A stretch of 62,752 nucleotides of DNA, counting the filler, from Nemertoderma westbladi (taxonomy: Eukaryota; Animalia; Xenacoelomorpha), in the NCBI GenBank assembly GCA_032718475.1. It is 3 parts of 3 records of this genome, joined end to end, with 100 filler letters (N's around TTAATTAATTAA, not from the genome) between each part and the next. Parts side by side here need not be neighbours in the genome. Positions count along the whole stretch, not along the records: positions 17,851 to 47,897 come from JAUCBJ010002411.1; 2 more parts are not named here. One strand, 5' to 3'. The translations under genes were made by a program, and so were the position numbers. Positions 36,398-47,997 of this stretch are shown one piece after another (positions within the stretch are counted from its first letter, which is position 1; the number at the start of each line of letters is the position of its first letter). The notes beneath the pieces were generated by a model that saw only the letters and a list, made by a program, of their open reading frames with translations, did not search any database and was not told the DNA's origin.

Positions 36398-39300
36398 ATG
36401 ACTGAGTTGATAGAAGATGATCTTGGTATCAGGGAGCGATATACTCTACCTTTACAAGCGTTTGTTGATAGCTTGATACGCGGCGACGCTAGTCCAACTA
36501 CTACGGAGGACGATGGTCGTTATATCAAACCGCCAATGTCCCAGAAGCAACTTACGCGTGAATTGGACTATCGAAAATTCACCGCTCGCTATACGCATCG
36601 TAATGGTACTATATGGACTTCTTAACTACTGGTCATCCTATCGATTTACACGATACGGACGATGTAGACACCGAAAGGGAAATGATTTTATTTAAATATC
36701 ATACCCAGCGGAGTCGGAACGATAAACCGAGAATAGAACACGAGAATTCTATTCGAAACCGACTCGAAAGAGAGGATGTTGAAGAGCCAGATAAACGCAG
36801 TAACTTCAACGATTATCTGGAATTCTTGAGAGAAACATATCTCAATATTGCCAGTCTCGACTTGCAGACTCGATATCCTCAAGGTATACATCATGACCCT
36901 ATGATAGAACTCAAACGGCTCTATTTCACTATGATGTATCTTACTGCCGATCGACCGCTACCTGTCGTCCCAGATAACTTCGAACAGATGGAGGAATATT
37001 GTAAAACTGGAGAGCGATCACCCGCGTTTCCCTTGCAAGATGTGCGTCTTTGGCTGTGACGAATGCCCTAGACCCAATCAGCAAACCGAAAGACATAAAC
37101 ATCCGCGGAGACGTTGCGCTAAACACAGTTTTACGCGATATACTTATGGGAGTTTCGAGCGAAACCTGTTCACTAGACTCAAACGATCCTTGAATAAACC
37201 AATGATCAGAGTTCCGGAATACTCGGTCAGACCTCCTCATTCTTTAGTGAGACCTCAAACGCTCGATCCTAATAGTATAACGGATCCCCCTGAACTGTAC
37301 TCGCTATTTAAAGATCTTGTGTTACCTGAACAATTAATCGGTGGCACTCCGGTAGTGGGCTCGCTAGATATTCGCCCATCCTATCTAGCCGGATTAGGAC
37401 ATGGTCATCTGATATCACCGTTTAACCCGTACAACCGTCCAGGTTTAACCCCGATACAACCCGTTACCGAAGTCGAAGAGAGCATTGCACGAAACGCGTT
37501 AGACGCTATTCGGCAGAAGATCGGAAAGTTTAGAGAAACGTAAGTTGCAGCAACAAGTCCAAGCGGTGAAGGAATTAGCTTTACCCCAGTTCGATCGAGA
37601 AATCCAGAATCTCGAGGAAGACATCGAACGTGGACGAACCTATTCTCTACAAGAGTTTTTAGACGATCGTTTACAACAACAAGCGGAGGAAAATCAGCTC
37701 GAGGAGAAACACATAGAAATGGATGAGAGAGAAGAAGCAGCTTTAGCCCGGCCAGAAGCTCAAATCCTTATGACTGATCTCTATTCCAAAACCATAGCTG
37801 ACGCTCCCATGTTGCAACACCTGCCAATTGAGGCCACTCGTGTCGACGGTATACTCGTTGAACCTCCGGACAATAGAGCGGATCTTGTCCATCGTATGGT
37901 ACACAAGGTCAACATACGCGCTAGACCTTTACCGAACTCGTTTTATGGGATCAAAGATCACCCTTATTATGTCAATCTAACTCAATATTACATGGTAAAA
38001 CCGGAAGATCCTACACATAGTTTGAGGTTTCTACCACTAATAAATCCTCTCGACCTTGTCGAACTCGAACAACTGCAGAAACATCTGGATCAGTTGGTGA
38101 AAGTAAACTCATTCCGAAAACCCTATAATGTTTCCCGAATAGAGAAAGATACAATACCTCCGTATAATCTTGATGGATTTATCAAAACTCGATTAGTCCA
38201 CTGGAATCTCGACGTGTTATTCGAGGAGGAAAGAATACCACGATATGGAGATGTAGAAACATATACCCCACAGTATTTGAGGTATAGAGATCTACCTAAT
38301 GCTAGCAAATGCGCCACCTTGTGGCATCCAGTGGGAATGACTCTAGAAAACGCCACTAAAGAGTGGAACGAGACTCTTAACGTTATCGAGATGTATGGAG
38401 TTGTCACTCACGATAACGAAGGTAGCGTTCCGGTTGGAGAACTGGGAACTCCGTGCATGATACATATATGAGGACTAGCTGGTTCTACCCACGTATTTAC
38501 TCGAGCGTGTTCCGATGTGATTGATTATTCTTTTGAGACCCTTACCGAGTTACAAAAGAAACTCCGACATGGACAATTCGAACTCGCGCAGCGTTACGTC
38601 ACTGACACTGAGCGCAAACCGGCCATGGGTATCGATGGATCAATGTTACCCCAGCCCATGCTCGAGATGTTGTTTAACGAAAGAATCCTTAAAATCGGCT
38701 CAGCTGTTTATGGAGATCTCCAAAACGACTTTCAGAACATGGAGAACATTCCATATCCTTTCGTCGATACTCAGCGGATTGCTCCCTGGACAGAAGGCCG
38801 AGGTTTCTTCCACACTATGTATGCCAATACACCCAGCAGCATTACTAAAGTACAACGAACCTCCATTGGACATCTTGCCTTTCAAGAATATGGATGGAAT
38901 TTCAAGGTTGGAAATCCTACCAACTACCAACAAGTATATGGAGATCATTATTCTCGATTATACTTTGACGGACCATTGACCGCACCGGGCGCCATGTATA
39001 GCTTTATGAGGTTTCCACTTCGTCCCTCCTTAGCTATATACACGATCTTTGAAAACGCCGCACTTGCCGGTTGGCTAGCCGATGTGTGCAGTCGTACTAT
39101 ACGCGCCCATCCCTTAATACTTGGAACCAAACTCGCCAAGTTAGATGAACACAATAAATTCATCCGTTTCGAATGTTTCAGGCGCTTCTAGACTCCGTTC
39201 CGTAACGTTGATAGTCAATTCAAGGACCGCGCTCTGACTAAGCTCAGCCTAAGAGACTCAGCAGCTGAGAAATTAGACAGCGCTGGATTCGCTATTTTCA

Positions 39301-40534
39301 AGGACGTTTGTATACAGAACTTACATTACTCTGTTATACAAAGACCTCGAATACCCACGGGTTATTCTATCGTGGAAGTTCAGACAATAGGTTCACTTGC
39401 GGAAACAGCCGCGCCTACCTCAGCTATGCAATTGGAAGACGAACCAGTTTAGAATCTGAGGAGATTCAGCCTACAGCGCCCCGGAGTAGCGATAACGATT
39501 ACGTCTTAGAATGGTATCAAGGTCCACAATGTCTCACCGCATACGATTATCGGCACGCCAACTATGTTTCTCGAAAACGTTGCCGATTATGTGCATTGAG
39601 AGATCATTTCACCCCCATGGACTCAGACGTACCCTGCTCCTATTTCCATGAGCAACCGGTGATGGAGATTTATTGTGCGTATTGCAGACTCAATAACTCA
39701 CACATTTTTGCAGTCTGCCCTCAATTTATGACTCAATGTCATCATTGTCAACTTAAAGGAAATGCCAGTTTTGATTGCCCTTTTAACCGCGATCTGGAAA
39801 GCGTAGATTAGATGATTACCCTGCGCTACATCCGAGCTTGGGAAGCGAATGCGGATTTACATTGTGAGTCACGCCATCGCTATTACCCTGGACGCGCCTA
39901 CGAAGGAGTTTACGCGTTCCATCCTTATCGATTCGAATCTGTTGAACAAAAATCACGCACACCGAGTGACGAACTAATGAAGCGTGTTGGTGAGTGTATT
40001 TCCACCAAATTTGTTCGTAAATATCTCAGGAATATCAATCCTAACGATATCCATTCATACCACTTGATCAATTTCATCCGTCAAGACCCGGAGTATGGTG
40101 ATCTGTTTATCAACTCGCATTCAGAGTTACAGGAAGTACATCGACGGCCCTATGAATATCAAGCCCGAGAACGCGAGTTGGAAAGAACCATTAAACCGAG
40201 GAAGTTTCTCACCACTCACGGTCGACCTACCACTATCGTTCAGATGACTCGTCAAGGACCTGTAGGAGCTGCTGTCCTAAAACGCGCTCTAAAAGCCGTT
40301 AGACCTCGCTCCTCTGAGGTTGATATCAATCAACCAGGTACCTCGACCGGCGGATACACTGACCGTAATCCTAAACCTTCTGATGCAATTGTATTGCACC
40401 CTTCACCCAGGAGTTATAGCCCTCCTAGTAAAGTGGCTCGCCCCAAAGAGAGAAGGACTCTTGCTAGCCTCAAAAAACTGCGTAAACGCCGTCCGCGCAA
40501 GAAAGAGTATTTAGAGTATTTAGAGACTGTTTAG
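36398..40534 (+). pseudogene. Element 2 ORF3 (~1370 codons reconstructed): unknown N-terminal region + DEDDy-like 3'-5' exonuclease + triple Zn-knuckle-like domain + basic tail
   Basis: Seven consecutive plus-strand ORF pieces tile 36398-40534. Motifs: VVTHDNEG (38412-38423), LPQPMLEMLFNERILKIGSAVYGDLQND, FVDTQ, SIGHLA, IYTIFE, then CRLC..H, YCAYCRLNNSHIFAVCP, CHHCQLKGN. Confidence 0.8.
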
Positions 40535-40595
40535 AGTATTTTAATATTTTAGAAACTGTGATTTTTTATATTTTATAGAATTAAATCCCATTTTC

Positions 40596-40604
40596 TGGGA
40601 GCGG
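40596..40604 (+). promoter_or_regulatory. PPT of element 2
   Basis: TGGGAGCGG immediately before TGTAAAGG. Confidence 0.6.
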
Positions 40605-41798
40605 TGTAAAGGCTTTTGCGGATCTAGCTAGTCATTTTTCCCGCAAAGTACTCTGTAGGTGTTTTAGCGGACATAAAAAGCCGTTTCCTTACTGTACCGG
40701 TGTTTTAGTGGACATAAAAAGCCATTTCTTCTGTATGTGTACTTTAGTGGACATAACTAGCGATTTTATGCCGCAATGCACCAAAATACTTAATACAGTA
40801 TAGTCAGATGACGACATCTCCCAGCTGATATGTCGACGTGTAGCTTTTGGCTTTCTTTGTTCAGGCTCACTCACTCGACCAATCAGAGCGATTTTCATTT
40901 TATTCGTACAGAGGCCTCCGGGAAATCGCGCAATGCATTATGGATCTTTGTTTACCTTTTTTCCTGATGCCAGAACATCGGCTGTGGAATTATTCTGTGT
41001 TTCAGACTTTAGCCAAACATTAGAACGGCTTTGATTATAGAAACGTATAAACTGTTATCATAGCACAGCACAGCATATCACATACCAAATTGGCATATCA
41101 GCCTGTCATATCTCATAAAAACACCGCATTATTTTACTGCTATTTACTGTCGGTTATTAATTGTATCAGTTGATTGAATGTTGTTATATTTGGAGAATAT
41201 CGATGAATAATCATAAAACCCCAATCTTCATGATATACTAAAGGTTAGAGAGACCGGTTACATATAACAATTGCGACTGACATTATATTGGTTTTGGAGT
41301 GAATCTAATGCTATTTCATAGGTCCTACAGGTGTCGGTTGCTGTTCTCTTTATATGTGACTAAAATTAGTGAAGGTCGGCAGATCAGTGTGCAGCAGTGT
41401 GCGGTAGTGTGCATGAGTGTGATAGATAACAAAGCATCTCCTAAAGAATGCGCTTTATACGTGAATCATTAGCCATCCCGTTGTGTCTAGTGTAAGTCAT
41501 AACTCTGTTTACATATTTAGAGCGCCACGTCCTAAAGGAACTGTTAATATTTCCCGAAAGTGAATAATATTTGTCAGAGATTATATATTAGTGATCAATC
41601 GAATAGTACAGTAGGCCTACACCGCAATAAGGTCAGAGCTTCCGAATCCAGTCTCCCGGGTATATCCAGCGGGTGAATGGTCGCGCATAGGCTGGCTTCG
41701 CCTAATGTAGTGTATCAAATACTTGTCATAGGCTAAAGTCGATTTATAACCTAAAAAGACACCTAAATTTGGCAGGTTAAACTGCTAAAGCGCGAACA
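40605..41798 (+). repeat. 3' LTR of element 2 (~1.19 kb, TGT...ACA)
   Basis: Start inferred from PPT+TGT; 40937-41798 matches the 5' LTR; ends ACA at the satellite junction. Confidence 0.85.
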
Positions 41799-44536
41799 GG
41801 CCGTGCTCTGTGTGTATATCTCTCTCTGTCACGCACTTCTATAGAAGAAGGCCGTGCTCTTTGTGTGTATCTCTCTCTGTCACGCCCTCCTATAGAAGAA
41901 GGCCGTGCTCTGTGTGTGTATCTCTCTCTGTCACGCCCTCCTATAGAAGAAGGCCGTGCTCTGTGTGTGTATCTCTCTCTGTCACGCCCTCCTATAGAAG
42001 AAGGCCGTGCTCTGTGTGTGTATCTCTCTCTGTCACGCACTTCTATAGAAGAAGGCCGTGCTCTGTGTGTGTATCTCTCTCTGTCACGCACTTCTATAGA
42101 AGAAGGCCGTGCTCTGTGTGTGTATCTCTCTCTGTCATGCCCTCCTATAGAAGAAGGCCGTGCTCTGTGTGTGTATCTCTCTCTGTCACGCCCTCCTATA
42201 GAAGAAGGCCGTTCTCTGTGTGTGTATCTCTCTCTGTCACGCACTTCTATAGAAGAAGGCCGTGCTCTGTGTGTATATCTCTCTATATCACTCACTTATA
42301 CAGAATAAGACATTGCTCTGTGTGTATATCTCTCTGTGTCACTCCCTTCTATAGAAGAAGGCCGTGCTCTGTGTGTATATCTCTCTCTGTCACGCACTTC
42401 TATAGAAGAAGGCCGTGCTCTGTGTGTGTATCTCTCTCTGTCACGCCCTCCTATAGAAGAAGGCCGTGCTCTGTGTGTGTATCTCTCTCTGTCACGCCCT
42501 CCTATAGAAGAAGGCCGTGCTCTGTGTGTGTATCTCTCTCTGTCACGCCCTCCTATAGAAGAAGGCCGTGCTCTGTGTGTGTATCTCTCTCTGTCACGCA
42601 CTTCTATAGAAGAAGGCCGTGCTCTGTGTGTGTATCTCTCTCTGTCACGCACTTATATAGAAGAAGGCCGTGCTCTGTGTGTGTATCTCTCTCTGTCACG
42701 CACTTCTATAGAAGAAGGCCGTGCTCTGTGTGTGTATCTCTCTCTGTCATGCCCTCCTATAGAAGAAGGCCGTGCTCTGTGTGTGTATCTCTCTCTGTCA
42801 CGCCCTCCTATAGAAGAAGGCCGTTCTCTGTGTGTGTATCTCTCTCTGTCACGCACTTCTATAGAAGAAGGCCGTGCTCTGTGTGTATATCTCTCTATAT
42901 CACTCACTTATACAGAATAAGACATTGCTCTGTGTGTATATCTCTCTGTGTCACTCCCTTCTATAGAAGAAGGCCGTGCTCTGTGTGTATATCTCTCTCT
43001 GCCACGCACTTCTATAGAAGAAGGCCGTGCTCTGTGTGTGTATCTCTCTCTGTCACGCCCTCCTATAGAAGAAGGCTGTGCTCTGTGTGTGTATCTCTCT
43101 CTGTCACGCCCTCCTATAGAAGAAGGCCGTTCTCTGTGTGTGTATCTCTCTCTGTCACGCCCTCCTATAGAAGAAGGCCGTGCTCTGTGTGTGTATCTCT
43201 CTCTGTCACGCACTTCTATAGAAGAAGGCCGTGCTCTGTGTGTGTATCTCTCTCTGTCACGCACTTCTATAGAAGAAGGCCGTGCTCTGTGTGTGTATCT
43301 CTCTCTGTCACGCCCTCCTATAGAAGAAGGCCGTGCTCTGTGTGTGTATCTCTCTCTGTCACGCACTTCTATAGAAGAAGGCCGTGCTCTGTGTTTGTAT
43401 CTCTCTCTGTCACGCACTTCTTTAGATGAAGACCGTGCTCTGTGTGTGTATCTCTCTGTGTCACTCACTTATACAGAATAAGACCTTGCTCTGTGTGTAT
43501 ATCTCTCTATATCACTTACTTATACAGAATAAGACATTGCTCTGTGTGTATATCTCTCTGTGTCACTCCCTTATATAGAAGAAGGCCGTGCTCTGTGTGT
43601 ATATCTCTCTGTGTCACTCACTTATACAGAATAAGACCTTGCTCTGTGTGTATATCTCTCTATATCACTCACTTATACAGAATAAGACATTGCTCTGTGT
43701 GTATATCTCTCTGTGTCACTCCCTTCTACATAAGAAGGCCGTGCTCTGTGTGTGTATCTCTCTCTGTCACGCACTTCTATAGAAGAAGGCCGTGCTCTGT
43801 GTGTGTATCTTTCTCGTCACGCACTTCTATAGAAGAAGGCCGTGCTCTGTGTGTGTACTTTCTCTGTCACGCACTTCTATAGAAGAAGGCCGTGCTCTGT
43901 GTGTATATCTCTCTCTGTCACGCACTTCTATAGAAGAAGGCCGTGCTCTGTGTGTGTATCTCTCTCTGTCACGCCCTCCTATAGAAGAAGGCCGTGCTCT
44001 GTGTGTGTATCTCTCTCTGTCACGCCCTCCTATAGAAGAAGGCCGTGCTCTGTGTGTGTATATCTCTGTGCCACTCCCTTCTACATAAGAAGGCCGTGCT
44101 CTGTGTGTATATCTCTCTCTGTCACGCACTTCTATAGAAGAAGGCCGTGCTCTGTGTGTGTATCTTTCTCTGTCACGCACTTCTATAGAAGAAGGCCGTG
44201 CTCTGTGTGTATATCTCTCTCTGTCACGCACTTCTATAGAAGAAGGCCGTGCTCTGTGTGTGTATCTCTCTCTGTCACGCCCTCCTATAGAAGAAGGCCG
44301 TGCTCTGTGTGTGTATCTCTCTCTGTCACGCCCTCCTAAAGAAGAAGGCCGTGCTCTGTGTGTGTATCTCTCTCTGTCACGCACTTATATAGAAGAAGGC
44401 CGTGCTCTGTGTGTGTATCTCTCTCTGTCACGCACTTCTATAGAAGAAGGCCGTGCTCTGTATGTGTATCTCTCTCTGTCACGCCCTCCTATAGAAGAAG
44501 GCCGTGCTCTGTGTGAGCATCTCTCTCTGTCACGCA
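41799..44536 (+). repeat. 51-bp satellite array (~54 units)
   Basis: Unit GGCCGTGCTCTGTGTGTGTATCTCTCTCTGTCACGC(A/C)CT(T/C)CTATAGAAGAA; 17-aa periodicity in the translated frames. Confidence 0.98.
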
Positions 44537-45329
44537 CAATAAATATAAAACTAGAAAGCCAGCAAGCTGGCTGGAAGGAGCCCGGGGGAAAAATCCTAGC
44601 CAAGACTATTACAAAGAACTATGTCAGTCAGCAGTAAGTAAACTAAAATTGTCTAAACTGCAAGGCGTGAGGCTAGCTGACTTTGTGGCTCGCCCCACAT
44701 AATAAAAAATGCAACTTAGCTACCACTAACAAAAATATAATATGAAGCAAATAATTTCATTATCAAGAACGTTTACAAGATATAAGATGCGATTACCGAA
44801 TATTTATAAAAAATGCCCATGATGCACAACCAGATAAATAACAACGAATAGAGCCAAATAACAAATTTAGTTTCCTTCTATAGGTATTACCCCGTCGTCA
44901 AGCGGAATATCTCTTCCCAGTGAATTCTATGTGAATATGTAATATAGGTACTCCTTAGGCGGTAGGCCAGAGCGGGCTCCTTAAATACATGCAACTACTG
45001 TATTATAGTGTAGGTCAACTATAAAACATTTTGCAATCCACAGTGAGTATCGACTGCAATAGGACACAACACACTGCTTTGTGTAACTAAAATTCATTCT
45101 CCTGATCCACCCCCTAACATAGCAGAGTGAGTAACCTTATTGTAGATATACCCTTAGGAAGCACTGGGAGAGCAATCAGCTTATGGGGTAATACATTAGA
45201 AACCAACAGCTTATGTGTGAGTAAACATTGCCTTTCCTTATAGCCTACTAGTAAAACTTGGCAACCAACACGTTTTTCTATGACTGTGTATAACATATTA
45301 AGCCATATTTCATCATGAACACCAGCTGT

Positions 45330-45618
45330 TATTTTACCATTGCTTTTAATTTCGCGACAAAACAATGTCAAAAAACTAAATATATCGAATACCACACATA
45401 GAATCGATCTGAAATTTTGTAACGCGATTATGAACCACCAAAGCAATGTACTTGCAAAATTTCATCAAAATCGCCAGGCAGGAAGTGCCTTAACCTAGAT
45501 AATTATCAGTCAGTATGTCAGTCAGTCAGTCAGTGTAATGTATCCTGAGATTTTTACAGAAAGTATCCCTGAGATTCTTACAGTAAGTATCCCGCTGTCA
45601 AGCGGGCTCCTAATTAGT
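45330..45618 (+). mobile_element. Possible non-autonomous Helentron/DINE-1-like element fragment
   Basis: AAATTTCATCAAAATCG, (GTCA)n microsatellite and a 3' GC hairpin CCCGC-TGTCAA-GCGGG before an AT tract. Confidence 0.35.
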
Positions 45619-46505
45619 AACATTTTATTAATTTTAAAAATTTATTATTAAAATAATTTAAAAAATATTAAAATAATAACATAAAATAATTTATCGTTAT
45701 AACTGTACAATGCATTTACCTATCGCTCTGTACCTACCAATTACATGATAATTATTTATACTGTAGTAATTATTATGATACTTAAAAATGGTAGCCTACT
45801 GTATTATTCTTGATAAACATTTTCCAAACAACCAAAACAAAATCTATTGAATTTAGTTCAGGGAAATGAGTTGAAGATTATAGAACATAAGGTATTCATT
45901 AACGCTGGCCTACTAAAAATTCCCTACTGTAATTTTGTCGTGGGTATATTGTGTGATACACTGTAAACTGCGTCTCTACTGTACCTACTTATATAAAAAT
46001 TGCACCTACATCAAAACACATGCATTGCATTGAACTGGAGCATGTAAGGCAATTTGACTTTGGTTTTAGGACTATTTACATGTAAGTAATTATTGTCCGA
46101 AATTGCTGTATTTATTTAACAATTAAGTCCATAAATAGTAGGCCTATACTGTATTGGTACTTGATGTAATGTATACCGGTAGTATTATTAGACTCCTAGG
46201 TCTGACCATCTGCTGAGCTATGGCCATCTGCGATCAAACAATACTGGAAGAACATGTACATTAGTACCGGTACTACCGCCTTTATTCGATTGATACAAGT
46301 CGCATAGCAAAGGCAATTAAACTGATAATAAAATTAATGTAGATACAAAATGAGATTTAATTCGGCCAAATTACTTGGGGTCCAATTAGATTATTACAGT
46401 CAGAACCGTAATAATAAATGCTACTGAGTTAGATTACAGTTTAACGATGATTAAATACAATCTATAAACAAATGCCTTTAACATGATTTCTTTGGCTTCA
46501 TCTAC

Positions 46506-47732
46506 CTACTTCTTTTTCTTTTTTCCTTTTTTACCTCCCGATTTCTTCCCTTTCTTTCCCTTTTTCCCCTTCTTTTTCTTCTTCCCAAAATCTCCCAACC
46601 CTTTAACAACCATCGTGCCTCTCCACCACGCTTGCAACTTCAACGATGCCGCTAACTCCATCTGTTCTTGCTCCACTCTCAAACGAACCTTTTCTTTCTC
46701 AGCTCGATCCGCCAAAACTACAACGTTATATTCCGCGTAATTCTTAGTCATTTCCTGTAGTTTGGCGAGGTCATCCGCCTTATCCGCTTTCAAATTATCT
46801 AATTCCCTCTGCTTGGCACTGACATCCGCGTCCAACTTCTGAGACCATTCATCCGCCTTAATCTCTAATTCAGAGACTTGAGTAGTTAGAAAGACCTCTA
46901 GATCCTCGTGAACCCTTGTTTCCTTGGCGATGGCGTTCACATTTCTCTCAATGTCCTGCTGTAAGTTGCGGATCTCCATTTGACACCTCTTCTGATTTTG
47001 CTGCACTCGTACATCCGCATCCTTCTTCACATACTTCGATTCCATGCTGGTTTTCGCTTTCATTTCTTGGAGTTGATCTTTAAGATGAGCTATCATCTCA
47101 TTTCTGTTCTGAAGTTCAGTCTCCTTTACTTTGTTTGACTCATGGAGTTGTTTCTGCAGTCGTCGGATTTTTCGTCTTCCTTCCTCCTCGTAGATTATAG
47201 CATCCCGTAGCTCCAATTTTGATTCCTTTTCAAATTGAACTGCATTCAATAGCTGATCAAAGGTAGAATTGTTAATAATTTCATGCAAAGTTGCTTCCAG
47301 GATTATCTCAATTTTATGCCTATCATGTTGCGTTTTTTGCATGATATCCCCCGAAAGCGGACTTTGAAGCATAGACTTTGCGAATGCAACATGATTTTTC
47401 TTTATGTCTGTTGTAACATTACTGATTTCTTTGGTATTTTGAGCTGCTTGCTGGGACTTTTGATGTCCACCTTCCAACTGCGCCCCATGCCTTTCATCCA
47501 CAAGAGCCTCGAACTTGCTCTCCAGGTTTCGTTGAGTGTCTACGATTGCCGATATCTCATTGGATGCCACAGCGTGGGATTCAGAGCGACCTTCAAGCGA
47601 TGAGGGTTGGATTCGACCCAATATGACTAACTGATCAACCGTATCACTCAGAACAGTACTAGCGTAAATGTTGTCCAAAGGACTCAATCTCAACGTATCC
47701 GGAATATCTGTTAGAGGTTTCTCACTCCCCAT
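46506..47732 (-). CDS. IQCG: Dynein regulatory complex protein 9 / IQ domain-containing protein G (408 aa, single exon)
   Basis: Long coiled coil with EMIAHLKDQLQEMKAKTSMESKYVKK, C-terminal IQ motif LKLQAWWRGTMV and Lys/Gly tail KKGKKGKKGKK, characteristic of DRC9/IQCG. Intact ATG-to-stop ORF. Confidence 0.85.
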   Translation of the reverse strand: MGSEKPLTDIPDTLRLSPLDNIYASTVLSDTVDQLVILGRIQPSSLEGRSESHAVASNEISAIVDTQRNLESKFEALVDERHGAQLEGGHQKSQQAAQNTKEISNVTTDIKKNHVAFAKSMLQSPLSGDIMQKTQHDRHKIEIILEATLHEIINNSTFDQLLNAVQFEKESKLELRDAIIYEEEGRRKIRRLQKQLHESNKVKETELQNRNEMIAHLKDQLQEMKAKTSMESKYVKKDADVRVQQNQKRCQMEIRNLQQDIERNVNAIAKETRVHEDLEVFLTTQVSELEIKADEWSQKLDADVSAKQRELDNLKADKADDLAKLQEMTKNYAEYNVVVLADRAEKEKVRLRVEQEQMELAASLKLQAWWRGTMVVKGLGDFGKKKKKGKKGKKGKKSGGKKGKKKKK

Positions 47733-47897
47733 AGTATTTAATGAAAACAGTTATTGTTTGTTTTATTGAATAATTATAATAAAATTACTATATTTATAGG
47801 CCACGAATCCCACAAGTCATATTTATCTTCAAATTTTCTTATAATATTAATATCTTACAATTATTAACGTTACACAATTGGATTCAATTAGTATTAA

Positions 47898-47997
47898 NNN
47901 NNNNNNNNNNNNNNNNNNNNNNNNNNNNNNNNNNNNNNNNNTTAATTAATTAANNNNNNNNNNNNNNNNNNNNNNNNNNNNNNNNNNNNNNNNNNNN
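47898..47997. other. Assembly gap with TTAATTAATTAA linker
   Basis: N run with central linker. Confidence 0.97.

Larger units (their letters stand above)
24016..41798 (+). mobile_element. BEL/Pao LTR retrotransposon 2 (~18 kb, decayed ORFs; carries extra exonuclease/Zn-knuckle ORF)
   Basis: Direct repeats 24016-24886 and 40937-41798; complete gag-PR-RT-RH-IN domain order; PPT TGGGAGCGG before TGT at 40605. Confidence 0.96.

Noticed and set aside
36398-40534. ORF3 as an envelope glycoprotein
   Set aside because: No signal peptide, TM anchor or furin/fusion pattern; Cys residues are in CxxC/H knuckles; nuclease motifs are present.
41777-44637. Long Cys/Arg-rich ORFs (up to 539 aa)
   Set aside because: Artefacts of a 51-bp (17-codon) satellite that is open in several frames on both strands.
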